64,000 nucleotides of DNA from a virus (Duplodnaviria; Caudoviricetes). The position numbers and the translations under genes were made by a program. This document shows positions 1 through 9,459 of the stretch, one piece after another. Each line of letters opens with the position of its first letter. Within the stretch, counting starts at the first letter, position 1. The notes below the pieces were generated by a model. The model worked only from the letters and a program-made list of their open reading frames with translations, ran no database searches and was not told where the DNA came from. Where the stretch lies: positions 64,001 through 128,000 of IMG/VR virus record IMGVR_UViG_3300037067_003476; one strand, written 5' to 3'.

Positions 1-2
1 CA

Positions 3-401
3 CGATTCGGGTACGATAGGACAGCGGCCATATGGATGAATGTTATTGATTCCATAGGGGCGTTGGATAGGTCTAAGACATGGGACAGGAAGGAACCTAA
101 TTACCGGATTCCAGACCTAAAAGCACCAAATAGAGTGATGAGCAACACCGAGTTTGTTAGGTGGGCTATTACGAGTATAATGCGTAGACCTGATCTTGCT
201 ACATCGTTCATGGCAAATGAGTGGATCAGATGGTTAAACTGTGGATTTAAGATAGAAGGAAACCAAAGGGTTCCGTGTGATCGAAATACCATAGCGAATA
301 TGGCCATACAGATTGTCAATGAATATAACAGTGCAGAAAAAATGAGGGCAGATAGCTTGGTTGCTCGAAATAATGACGAAATTGGATTTACGGTGTTATA
401 A
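3..401 (+). CDS. C-terminal part of a probable GT-B glycosyltransferase (5'-truncated by the window edge)
   Basis: Frame is open from base 3 (RFGYDRTAAIWMNVIDS..., like the GT4 C-terminal helix); stop overlaps the start of the next glycosyltransferase. Confidence 0.5.
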   Translation, partial: RFGYDRTAAIWMNVIDSIGALDRSKTWDRKEPNYRIPDLKAPNRVMSNTEFVRWAITSIMRRPDLATSFMANEWIRWLNCGFKIEGNQRVPCDRNTIANMAIQIVNEYNSAEKMRADSLVARNNDEIGFTVL

Positions 402-1594
402 TGCGTGTACTGTATATATCTGTCTATAAGGATGGTACCGGTTATAGTCATGCTGCGATAGAAACTATTTTGGCGTGTGAAAAAGCTGGAATTGATATCG
501 TATGCAGACCAATATCTATGTCCCCGATGAACGGTATCGATGATGCCAAACGAATTCAACACCTAGAATGCAAACCGCTAAACAATATAGATGTCGTCAT
601 ACAACATTCGCTGCCGCACACCTTCGAGTATAAAAGCGGCGTTAAAAACATAGGTGTGTTTAGCTGGGAAACAACGCACTTTAGAAATTCAACATGGACA
701 GAGCATTGTAATTTGATGGATGAGATATGGACATCATCTATTGTTGCCAAACAGGCTATTATTAATAGCGGTGTAACAAAGCCTGTGCGAGTTATTCCTA
801 TCCCATGCAATGCTGATAAGTACAGTGGCACAATAAATCCAATAGCACTTCCTGGCAAACCGAATCAAACCGTATTCTATACAATAGGCGAATATACCAG
901 ACGAAAAAACATCGTCGGAATAATCCGATCATACTTTCATGCTTTTACGCCAGACGACAATGTGGTGCTGGTAATAAAAACATCCTTTCCAGGAATGAAG
1001 GATAATGTAGCACAACAGCAGATCTCGCAAATAGTTGACGATATCAAAAGATCAACACATATTTATCAAAACCCAAGGGATTATCCGCCAATCATAGTGA
1101 TTACACGACGAATGTCTGATGAACACATAAGGCAATTGCACAAATCCGGAACATTCTTTGTATCTCCATCCCATGGAGAGACATGGTGCATTCCAGCTAT
1201 GGACGCACTCGGCTATAGTAACCCAGTTATCGCCTCTAATTGGGGTAGTTTTCCAGAATTGCTAATGGACCCTGATCTCGCTAAGCAATTTTTCGATCCA
1301 GGTACTATGTCATTTGCGTATCCTGGAGATGTTTCTGGCGGCTACCTGATCAAAGGGCAACTAGCCCCGTGCTTTGCCCCAGACGGCGGATTTAACGACC
1401 TATACACTGGTAAAGAAGAATGGTTTGAACCAAATCTGTGCCACTTATCTAGTCTTCTTCGTCGTGCATACAATATCCATCAATATCAACCGGATGTATT
1501 TACGAAACAAAGGATCAGTGCATCTATGCGAGCAATGGCATTTAATCACGCTAGTGTTGGCGATAGAATCAAATCGGCACTAACACAGGAGTAG
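401..1594 (+). CDS. Glycosyltransferase, family 4 (GT-B)
   Basis: RKNI...F, VVLVIKT and FVSPSHGETWCIPAMDALGY (variant of the E-x7-E donor motif). Confidence 0.85.
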   Translation: MRVLYISVYKDGTGYSHAAIETILACEKAGIDIVCRPISMSPMNGIDDAKRIQHLECKPLNNIDVVIQHSLPHTFEYKSGVKNIGVFSWETTHFRNSTWTEHCNLMDEIWTSSIVAKQAIINSGVTKPVRVIPIPCNADKYSGTINPIALPGKPNQTVFYTIGEYTRRKNIVGIIRSYFHAFTPDDNVVLVIKTSFPGMKDNVAQQQISQIVDDIKRSTHIYQNPRDYPPIIVITRRMSDEHIRQLHKSGTFFVSPSHGETWCIPAMDALGYSNPVIASNWGSFPELLMDPDLAKQFFDPGTMSFAYPGDVSGGYLIKGQLAPCFAPDGGFNDLYTGKEEWFEPNLCHLSSLLRRAYNIHQYQPDVFTKQRISASMRAMAFNHASVGDRIKSALTQE

Positions 1595-1601
1595 AGCAGA
1601 A

Positions 1602-2573
1602 ATGCCAACGCAGATATCTAGGATACTAAGATGCGTTAATCGGGATCTCGATAGACCTCTTAACATTCTGTGCTCTCCGACTCATGAAGCATATGAAACA
1701 ATGCTATGCAAAACAGGTCACAGATTCTATTCTCTTCAACATCCAAATCTAAAACGATGGAACTGTAGGTCTAGGCCATATCCGATCAATTACCAGCCAA
1801 TAAATCATAATGCCCTACCCAACGATGTTGTTTTCGATATGGTGTTGTCGCAAAGTAAATGGGGGCAGTTTCAGATTCTTGGGCAAATCGCTCACGCACT
1901 TGGGTGTCCGCTTATTCAACTAGAGCATACCATTCCCATACGAGGAGTAAACGAACAACAGATCAAGCAAATGAAGAATATGAATGGCACCGTAAACGTG
2001 TATATATGTAAGTGGTCTGCCGATCAGTGGTGGGATAGTACTGGTGTTGCTATAGAGCATGGAATTGACACAAATATATTTTGCGGATGGAACGGCGCTA
2101 TGGGTGGCGTTTTATCTGTGGTCAATCAGTTTAGAGAACGAGATAGCTTATTGGGATTTTCTCTGTGGAAGAATGTCACGAATGGACTACAGACGAATCT
2201 TGTTGGCGATAATCCTGGTTTGTCTCAGGAGGCAACAAGTACGGATGATTTGGTAAATAGATACAGAGTGGCAGGGGTATTTTTGAATACGTCGTTGCAG
2301 TCAACATATCCGATGGCTATGATCGAGGCCATGGCTGTTGGGTGTCCAGTAGTATCAACACCAACATGCGCTATCCCCACCATTATCCAAGATGGCGTTA
2401 ATGGCATGCTTGGTTATACCCCAGAAGACTTACGATCCAAGCTTGAGTTGTTACTAAGGGATAAAGAGTTAGCTCGAACCATAGGAGAGGCTGGACGACA
2501 AACTGTATTGCATCGTTTCGGCGAATCAAGATTTATCGACGATTGGAACAATCTGTTTCGGGCATTAGCATGA
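1602..2573 (+). CDS. Glycosyltransferase, family 4 (GT-B)
   Basis: FLNTSLQSTYPMAMIEAMAVGCPVVST, IIQDGVNG and GEAGRQTV motifs of Glycos_transf_1. Confidence 0.9.
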   Translation: MPTQISRILRCVNRDLDRPLNILCSPTHEAYETMLCKTGHRFYSLQHPNLKRWNCRSRPYPINYQPINHNALPNDVVFDMVLSQSKWGQFQILGQIAHALGCPLIQLEHTIPIRGVNEQQIKQMKNMNGTVNVYICKWSADQWWDSTGVAIEHGIDTNIFCGWNGAMGGVLSVVNQFRERDSLLGFSLWKNVTNGLQTNLVGDNPGLSQEATSTDDLVNRYRVAGVFLNTSLQSTYPMAMIEAMAVGCPVVSTPTCAIPTIIQDGVNGMLGYTPEDLRSKLELLLRDKELARTIGEAGRQTVLHRFGESRFIDDWNNLFRALA

Positions 2574-3415
2574 AATTCAGTATAGTGATGTCGTATTTTC
2601 GACGACCCCAATTGCTCTGTAGAACACTGGAATCTATTTATAGACAAGCCAATAAACCATGTTACGAAATTATCATCGTTAACGATGATGTTTGTAATAG
2701 TCCAAGAGATGATGAGCTAGAGAGAATATGTCGCCTTTACAAAGAAAAAATGCAATGCGATATAAGGTTATTCATCACAGAGCGCACAACCCCATGTCGT
2801 GGACCTGCATTACCATGGAATATTGGGGCTAAGTTTGCAAGTGGCGATATTCTAGTAATTCAGAATCCAGAATGTATGCACGTAGGATGCGTGCTGGATA
2901 ATCTTAAGGCGATATTCGAATTACGCGCAAACCAGTATGTGTCTGTTAGATGTATATCGCTTAAATCTAATGATGACGTGGTGATAGATGCGTGTAACGC
3001 TGGATTGTTAGACTACAACAAAATACGTGAATTAGACCATCCAGCAAGACAGGAATATATCGGGCCTACGAATCCCCGATTGTTGTATTTCTGCGGAGCG
3101 TTGCCACGACAATTGTTCTATGACGTAGGCGGAATAGAGGAATCATTTGTCAGGCTGGCATACGAAGACGACTTCTTTGTTTACACAGTGCAAAAGAATA
3201 ATATACCAGCAAATATCGTTGGTAATAAAGAGTGGTATGTTATGCACCAATGGCATCCGACCTATTTGACAAGCGAATATTGGTCGGCGTTACATGAAAG
3301 CCAGGGACATTACAATTTGTTGTTGCGACAGATAGACCGGGACCAAAGATCTCCAATCGCAAATCTGGGAAGGCAGTGGGGTGAGTTGGGTTCTGGGCGA
3401 GAAATAGTACTATGA
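2570..3415 (+). CDS. Glycosyltransferase, family 2 (GT-A)
   Basis: KFSIVMSYFRR, EIIIVND, WNIGAKFASGD, GGIEESF..AYEDD; ATG 2570 overlaps the upstream TGA. Confidence 0.85.
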   Translation: MKFSIVMSYFRRPQLLCRTLESIYRQANKPCYEIIIVNDDVCNSPRDDELERICRLYKEKMQCDIRLFITERTTPCRGPALPWNIGAKFASGDILVIQNPECMHVGCVLDNLKAIFELRANQYVSVRCISLKSNDDVVIDACNAGLLDYNKIRELDHPARQEYIGPTNPRLLYFCGALPRQLFYDVGGIEESFVRLAYEDDFFVYTVQKNNIPANIVGNKEWYVMHQWHPTYLTSEYWSALHESQGHYNLLLRQIDRDQRSPIANLGRQWGELGSGREIVL

Positions 3416-4233
3416 TAACAGAAAATGACTTTGACTGGTCTGTTACAGAAAGGGATATTGTCATCGTGCTGCCTAGTGTTGGCAGAAAAGTCCAGCTTAT
3501 TCCTGGGTTAAAGAGATTAATTACAACAACAGCTTTGCCAAAAGAAAACTGGCGTATTGTTGTCATGAACAATTGTTGTCACGAAGACTTGTCAGATCTG
3601 CAATGCCTTAATTGTTCGTATTTTACACTATCAAAATCACTACAAACCAACTATCTGAATGGTGGATACGCACGAAATTATGTCCTCAAGAGGCTGAGAT
3701 CAAAGCGTGTAATATTCCGTGATGCTGAAATTTTTCACGACGGGGACTACCTATCGTATGCTAATCAGTTGCCAGTAGATGCTGTCGGCGAATTATTCGC
3801 AGCCAATCAGGTATACTACAATGGGATAGTTGGTGGTGTATCAGTAACCGCTAGCCCAGAAGTTACAAGGGCAATCATTGATAACCCAATGGTTGATCTG
3901 CGAACGATAGCTAGAATATTCAGAATGAGATCGTACGAGGGAATGAATGGGTATGGTTGGATTGCCCCGACTAAGATGCTACAAGACATGCGCGGATTCG
4001 ACGAGGACTTTGACGAATGGGGTATGGAAGATTCAGACATATTCGACAGAATCAAGGCAAGTGGCAGGCCGGTTATACGAATGCCCCAAGGATATCCTGT
4101 ATATGCAACCCATTTGTTTCATCCACCAGCACCTTTCCCGTCTGGCAAAGCGTGCAGGATATATAAAGAGAAAGATCCGAACCAGTTGATTAGAAACCCT
4201 AATGGATGGGGGGAGTGGAAAACATGCGACTAA
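3412..4233 (+). CDS. Glycosyltransferase GT-A with GT7-C-like motif
   Basis: ARNY, IFRDAE (DxD-like), GFDEDFDEWGMEDSD, HLFHP. Confidence 0.8.
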   Translation: MITENDFDWSVTERDIVIVLPSVGRKVQLIPGLKRLITTTALPKENWRIVVMNNCCHEDLSDLQCLNCSYFTLSKSLQTNYLNGGYARNYVLKRLRSKRVIFRDAEIFHDGDYLSYANQLPVDAVGELFAANQVYYNGIVGGVSVTASPEVTRAIIDNPMVDLRTIARIFRMRSYEGMNGYGWIAPTKMLQDMRGFDEDFDEWGMEDSDIFDRIKASGRPVIRMPQGYPVYATHLFHPPAPFPSGKACRIYKEKDPNQLIRNPNGWGEWKTCD

Positions 4234-4697
4234 ACCTTGGATGTGGAAACGATATTCGTACTGGTTTTGTAAACGTAGACGTGACACAACAACAATTACC
4301 ACCGGATCTCTATCGACAGGGAGATATTTCTAATCTTGATTGGCTGTGTAGTAATAGCTCCGTCGAGGAAATGTTGGCACTAAATGTGCTACAATACATA
4401 CCATATAAGGTCATGGATCAGGTATTATCAAACTGGACAAATAAGCTTTGCAGCAATGGACGCATAAAAATCTTGTCTCCAGATATAAACATACTATGTA
4501 AGCTGTTGTGTAATCGCAACATGGATCTAGTAACGTTTTTGGCCAATGTATTTGGCTCGCAAGATCAGATTGTTAACTTTGGAAAATCAGCAACCGGCAT
4601 GAAAGATATGTGTCGACAACTGGAATCATTAGGGCTAATGGTTGTAGCTGCCAGATATGAGAACACAATGTTTTATGTAGAGGCTATTAAACAATGA
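4224..4697 (+). CDS. Class I SAM-dependent methyltransferase-like protein
   Basis: N-terminal RLNLGCG...GFVNVD motif; lies in the glycosyltransferase cluster. Confidence 0.7.
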   Translation: MRLNLGCGNDIRTGFVNVDVTQQQLPPDLYRQGDISNLDWLCSNSSVEEMLALNVLQYIPYKVMDQVLSNWTNKLCSNGRIKILSPDINILCKLLCNRNMDLVTFLANVFGSQDQIVNFGKSATGMKDMCRQLESLGLMVVAARYENTMFYVEAIKQ

Positions 4698-5437
4698 AGC
4701 TTTGTACACCATGTCAGTCATGTAGCTTTTTATCGAAGGGCGACGGCGCGTGTCTATTGAGTCTATATTGTTGTAAATCGGATGACAATGTAACATACGC
4801 TCCAGGTTGTTGTAGGTTTTTTACGAGAACTAAGTTCCCGGATATAGCTACCGCAGTTCGCCACATGAAACAGGCAATGAGTTTTGACTACTCTTTGGTT
4901 GTATGTTTTGATAGCAATGTGCATTGTCTGAATGACCTGAACAGGGTGTTTCGCAAAAGCGTTAAATACACCAACGTTGTAGTTGTTGATATGTCGGCGA
5001 TGTCCGATCATAAAAAGTTGATAGAATTGTCAAAATATTGTGTTGCTAACTCTTGTAAATACAATGTCGTTATCCCCACAGAACCAGTAGTCGCCGACGA
5101 CCAATTAATTAGACTGGCAATGCCCAGCATAACCCAAAGTTACTTTGTGGTGATAGACGCAAATGAATATATCGACATTGAAACACACAAGAGCGTTGTT
5201 GCAGAAACTAATCAGAACTCAAGATTCGTTCGTTGGGATTTTGGAAAGATACATGGCAATACCCTGATATTTTCACAGACATCGATACGTGGTGTGTACA
5301 TAACTTCGTTTTATAAAGAGATAATGTGTGGAGAGGAAAAATCGTTCAATTCTGTTGTCCGCGAGCTTGAAGCAGATAGTGGTATCAGCTTTATCAGACA
5401 ACTGGTCGGCCCGGTTAACACAGTAGATAGGACATGA
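4694..5437 (+). CDS. Hypothetical protein (Cys-rich N-terminus, possibly degenerate GT-A)
   Basis: Coupled ORF (ATGA overlap); CxxC cluster; YFVVIDAN resembles the DxD strand. Confidence 0.5.
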   Translation: MKLCTPCQSCSFLSKGDGACLLSLYCCKSDDNVTYAPGCCRFFTRTKFPDIATAVRHMKQAMSFDYSLVVCFDSNVHCLNDLNRVFRKSVKYTNVVVVDMSAMSDHKKLIELSKYCVANSCKYNVVIPTEPVVADDQLIRLAMPSITQSYFVVIDANEYIDIETHKSVVAETNQNSRFVRWDFGKIHGNTLIFSQTSIRGVYITSFYKEIMCGEEKSFNSVVRELEADSGISFIRQLVGPVNTVDRT

Positions 5438-5438
5438 T

Positions 5439-6143
5439 ATGCCTAAGATCGGGGCTGTAATCGCAATCACAAAACATAGTCGTCTGTTGCTAGACGGAAT
5501 AATGTCTATTGCGAAACAGGTTGATAGGGTGGCTGTATTATATAGCGGAGGGAACGACTGTGACTGGGATAAAATAGTAGGCACGGTACTGAACAAGCCT
5601 AATTTTGTCGGAGCCATAGTGACCGGAACCATATGCGATAAGCCGTGTATTTGCGTTAAAAGGGATTCGGCTAATAGGTCGTCGTTATTCAATGGTGGGC
5701 TTCAGTTATTTGGAGAAGACTACGACTATATAGTAATTACTGATGGCGGTGTAGTATTTAGGCACGATAAGGTCTCTTTGTCGATAGACGCTCTGAGTAA
5801 ACACGAAATGGCTAGTTGTGTCGTATCTGATTTCTCTGTATTATACGACAACGACGTGTTAATTAGACATTACGAACATCCATTCGATATAATTATGATG
5901 AAAGATGGGGTCCACCCAAACATCAATTGTGTTATTAGGCGGCGATGTATGGTGCCATTCAACGAAGAACTTAGTACGCATGACGACTACGAGTGGATTG
6001 GTAGGGTTGGTATGACAGGACTAGTTTATCATATTCCAGAATCGCTACACACAATAGCGGCTATGGATAGAATTATAGATCAAGTCACTGTTGACAAGAT
6101 AAAGGACATAATATTCTCACAATATGGACTTTCTAATGGGTAA
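5439..6143 (+). CDS. GT2-like glycosyltransferase (divergent)
   Basis: LFNGGL, YIVITDGG, FNEEL..HDDYEWIGR, HIPESL. Confidence 0.6.
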   Translation: MPKIGAVIAITKHSRLLLDGIMSIAKQVDRVAVLYSGGNDCDWDKIVGTVLNKPNFVGAIVTGTICDKPCICVKRDSANRSSLFNGGLQLFGEDYDYIVITDGGVVFRHDKVSLSIDALSKHEMASCVVSDFSVLYDNDVLIRHYEHPFDIIMMKDGVHPNINCVIRRRCMVPFNEELSTHDDYEWIGRVGMTGLVYHIPESLHTIAAMDRIIDQVTVDKIKDIIFSQYGLSNG

Positions 6144-6681
6144 AAAGAAGAATAACAGATCAGGTGCAAAGAGAGAATTACAAGAAGCGATGTTCGAACA
6201 GTTCGCTGTTAATACTGACGATCCACTAAGGTCTATTGGTATAATTGCCGATCATATATCGGTTTCGCAAAACACTGTCCCAATGATTACTAGTATCAAC
6301 AGGGTGTGCCAGGAATCTTTTGGGGTAGACATATCTTTGTTCGTCATGCATTTGTATAAACCGTTTGTTACTCCGTTATGCCCAGTATTTGATGTCCGCA
6401 AGTTGGCTGGATGGGATGGTCCACTAATAACAACCAGCGCACAATCGACACTTGAAGCACTATCAACTAAATCAGATAGGATAATACATTATGTATGGAA
6501 ACCAGATTTCATTAACATTGGAAGAGATATAAGGAAGGCTTTCACAGATCCAAGAATTATAATAGTAACACGACATGACGACTATACAGATTTAATCAAT
6601 ACAGAATTCGGTTTAAGTATAAACAATATTTCGATGCCAGATTTTGATGCTACAAAACTAATAAGGCTTGCACTAACATGA
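6136..6681 (+). CDS. Hypothetical protein
   Basis: ORF coupled to both neighbours; no recognised motif. Confidence 0.55.
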   Translation: MGKKKNNRSGAKRELQEAMFEQFAVNTDDPLRSIGIIADHISVSQNTVPMITSINRVCQESFGVDISLFVMHLYKPFVTPLCPVFDVRKLAGWDGPLITTSAQSTLEALSTKSDRIIHYVWKPDFINIGRDIRKAFTDPRIIIVTRHDDYTDLINTEFGLSINNISMPDFDATKLIRLALT

Positions 6682-7133
6682 TATTTGTTAAAGCCCGTAT
6701 GTGTCCATTGGTAGAACATTCATGGTTGTTATTGATAGACGATTCTTCTCTTGGATATGCAAAAAGAAAGATCGATTCGATAAATAGGGCTGCATGCGAA
6801 TCATTATATTGTCACGGTAGTAATGTTTTTGTTATAGAAAAACGTATACAGGCAACAGAACACCTATTGTCTGTTATAGATTCAAGAATCGGCTGGTTCA
6901 TGAATTCTTTTGGTGGAATGTGTCCGAATATCTATGACGAATTATGCAAGGTAGAGGCAGATGATTTTCCGCTACAGTTTAAACCATCTGATATAAAAAT
7001 AACAAAGTTTGATGATGGAAAACATTGGTATACTATATTTCCTAATGGAGAACGTTTGAAATATAATGGTATGTTTAAATGGTCTACGCCTGAATTAGCG
7101 AGGTCGGCTGTTAAAAGGTTTTGTGGAGAATAA
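6678..7133 (+). CDS. Hypothetical protein
   Basis: ATGA overlap with the upstream gene; 151 aa. Confidence 0.55.
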   Translation: MIFVKARMCPLVEHSWLLLIDDSSLGYAKRKIDSINRAACESLYCHGSNVFVIEKRIQATEHLLSVIDSRIGWFMNSFGGMCPNIYDELCKVEADDFPLQFKPSDIKITKFDDGKHWYTIFPNGERLKYNGMFKWSTPELARSAVKRFCGE

Positions 7134-7134
7134 A

Positions 7135-7977
7135 ATGGGTAAATACATTTCCCAGATGACTGTGGGGGAATTGCGAGAAGAGTTGTCGCAGCACGGATTG
7201 TCGCGAGATGATTTGCGCGGAATACGAAAACCGGATCTAAAATTAATGCTTAAGTCCAGTCGTAAGGGTGAGCCCAACACGAATTGTAAAATTGTCGATG
7301 ATGGAGTTATTGTGTCAAACGAAGACACGAGCAAGAAAGAAGATGTTATCAAAAGCCATCCGGATCAAAACTCTGTTGAGTGGACGCAATATGTTTTGGG
7401 GTTATTTAACAACGACGAATTAGAAAACCAGAATCCAAAAGTTGATGGACTAAGGAGAATTGCGTCTATGTTGATTGGTCCAATTGTCGAAGAAGGGAGC
7501 GAGCTAGTTTCTCCACCATCTTTGGATAATGGACAAAGAGCGTGTGTAAAAGCGTGGGTGATATTTTATCACAAGAAACTGGGTCGTACCATACGATTTG
7601 AGGGATTGGCAGACGTATGCAGCGACAATTGCGACGAAACATTCGCTAGGTTTCCAACAAGCACAGCAGAAACGCGCGCTAGGGGGCGGTGTTTTAGAAT
7701 GGCTTTGCAACTAAGGAAAGTTATAGCTGCCGAAGAGGCCAACTTTGAGTTACCTGAAAATGGCAATGATAAAGATGTGGTGATTCAGGTTGGGCAGATA
7801 TCCGTTATTCAGTTAATGGCAGATAGACTTAATGTAAGTATTCCAAAACTATTAAACCATTTGGATCTAAATAAGTCCGATCTACAATCCCTAACTAAGG
7901 TTGAGGGACTAATAGTTGTTAAGCATCTTAATTCCATACAGCAAACCGGACATATCCCAGAGTCAATCGCAAGATAG
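7135..7977 (+). CDS. Putative Rad52/Sak-like single-strand annealing protein
   Basis: Beta-rich core followed by AETRARGRCFRMALQL, like the Rad52-superfamily A-x-T-x-A-x-x-R-A helix; next to an SSB-like gene. Confidence 0.5.
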   Translation: MGKYISQMTVGELREELSQHGLSRDDLRGIRKPDLKLMLKSSRKGEPNTNCKIVDDGVIVSNEDTSKKEDVIKSHPDQNSVEWTQYVLGLFNNDELENQNPKVDGLRRIASMLIGPIVEEGSELVSPPSLDNGQRACVKAWVIFYHKKLGRTIRFEGLADVCSDNCDETFARFPTSTAETRARGRCFRMALQLRKVIAAEEANFELPENGNDKDVVIQVGQISVIQLMADRLNVSIPKLLNHLDLNKSDLQSLTKVEGLIVVKHLNSIQQTGHIPESIAR

Positions 7978-7991
7978 GAGCAAAGATAGAC

Positions 7992-8495
7992 ATGGCATTT
8001 GTAAGAACAACATACCAATTTAAGTTGTATAAGCCACGAAATGGTGGTGGTGGCTGTGCGTCGTCGTGGGATTTTAGCACAAAGAATCAGTGTGTGTTTG
8101 TGGAAATGGCTAAGCAGAATGTCGCCAATGATGACAATGGAAATACTACATTTGATTGGAAGTCTCCACTGCGCGTTAAACTTGGAGTATCAGATATCGG
8201 AGAAATCATGAGTGTCTTGGAAAAACGCCAAAATGGAGTTGGCGCATTGCCGGATACACACGGCAAACACAAGGGGCTATTCCATCGTAACGACAAAGGA
8301 AATGTAGTGTTGTCATTTGATACTGGGCAAACTACCGGCTTCAGTATAAGAATAAGCTCTAAGAAAAAAAACGACAAAGATCCGGTTGCGCTTTCGCATA
8401 GTATTACGAACGGGGAGGCTTGTGTGCTACTATCGCTTTTAAGAGCGGCAATAGTTAGTATCTATAAATGGAATGCTACGATCCAGGAACAGTAA
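7992..8495 (+). CDS. Whirly-like ssDNA-binding protein
   Basis: Colinear with plant Whirly domain as recalled: FDWKSPLRVKLGVSDIGEIMSV vs YDWSKKQVFSLSVTEIGTLVSL; LFH vs FFH; ITNGEACVL...W vs ITRAEFAVL...W. Confidence 0.65.
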   Translation: MAFVRTTYQFKLYKPRNGGGGCASSWDFSTKNQCVFVEMAKQNVANDDNGNTTFDWKSPLRVKLGVSDIGEIMSVLEKRQNGVGALPDTHGKHKGLFHRNDKGNVVLSFDTGQTTGFSIRISSKKKNDKDPVALSHSITNGEACVLLSLLRAAIVSIYKWNATIQEQ

Positions 8496-8742
8496 TTTTA
8501 TCTAATGTTTTTTCTATGCGTACCAGGATCGCCTTAATAACGGCTATATCCTGAGAAACCACGTTCCATTGATTGCTCATCGAATCCAGTTGTTCATTAT
8601 GGGCAGAGATTGTTTTCTCAACACAATCCATTCTATCCTTAACTTGCTGATAGTTACCAGCAACGCCGTTTATAATACACAGTAGGGATGTAATGGCCAA
8701 TACTATTGCAATTATCGATCCAATCCTTTTGATCCTCGGCAT
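8476..8742 (-). CDS. Small protein with one TM helix and a coiled coil (possible lysis accessory)
   Basis: Hydrophobic residues ~7-27 then heptad pattern; GGGGAG SD; last gene of the late block. Confidence 0.5.
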   Translation of the reverse strand: MPRIKRIGSIIAIVLAITSLLCIINGVAGNYQQVKDRMDCVEKTISAHNEQLDSMSNQWNVVSQDIAVIKAILVRIEKTLDKITVPGS

Positions 8743-8755
8743 TGTTTAACTCCCC

Positions 8756-8799
8756 AAAAAAAGATGGGGCTATGGTGGTCGGTGGCACCAACGCCCCAT
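8756..8799 (-). terminator. Rho-independent terminator
   Basis: ATGGGGC/GCCCCAT stem (8764-8770/8793-8799) with inner TGGTG/CACCA pairing and a T7 tract on the - strand. Confidence 0.7.
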
Positions 8800-8808
8800 T
8801 AGTTTTTG

Positions 8809-9423
8809 TTACAGATACTCTAACTCAACATACAGACCGAATTGAGTCTTAGAACCAATTGAGTTCGGGCTTGCCGATATCGCCACGTACCAGTCATGCT
8901 GCGTAGCCTGTGTATCAGCGCCAGATGGTCTAGCGCCATCAACGCCTGGACTACTTACGAGATCCAGATACGAACCTGATCCATAGGCATTAACCCATGT
9001 CTCGTCTCCAGAACCAGCACAATCCCAGCCTTCCCATGGGTGAATTAGTTCACCAACATAACATGTCACGCCAGATGGATTGTTGTTTTTGCTTACACGA
9101 TCAAACACGCGCAGTTGCGCGTTTTGTGTTTTGACCGGGGTGTCGAATGTAAATCGTACATTCAAGGCACCAGATGCATTCTGTATACTGGTAAGTTCTG
9201 TGTCAAAAGTATCGTTCCATCTAACGCCAGAAGTTGTTGCCAACTTCTTAGTGTTGTTCGCTACTGGACCCTGAACTGAACCATCTGAGCTAGTGATATA
9301 CGTTGAATCTTGATACTGTCCGACCTGTACCGACGTACCAAAACTAGCCCCATAGAATCCCAATCCAGACCCAGCTAGCGACACCGCAGTTTGACCTGCA
9401 AAGAAATTAATCGCTGCTGCCAT
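8809..9423 (-). CDS. Virion structural protein, paralog A
   Basis: AAGGAGGT SD; beta-rich, Ser/Gly-rich; colinear with 9460..10101. Confidence 0.65.
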   Translation of the reverse strand: MAAAINFFAGQTAVSLAGSGLGFYGASFGTSVQVGQYQDSTYITSSDGSVQGPVANNTKKLATTSGVRWNDTFDTELTSIQNASGALNVRFTFDTPVKTQNAQLRVFDRVSKNNNPSGVTCYVGELIHPWEGWDCAGSGDETWVNAYGSGSYLDLVSSPGVDGARPSGADTQATQHDWYVAISASPNSIGSKTQFGLYVELEYL

Positions 9424-9446
9424 ATAAAGTTACCTCCTTTGTCTTT

Positions 9447-9454
9447 TTATACAC
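9447..9454 (-). promoter_or_regulatory. GTGTATAA motif (putative late promoter)
   Basis: One of eight copies upstream of - strand genes. Confidence 0.6.
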
Positions 9455-9459
9455 TAATA

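Noticed and set aside
8476-8742. Firm holin or spanin call
   Set aside because: Only one TM helix plus a coiled coil; no endolysin or lipoprotein partner nearby
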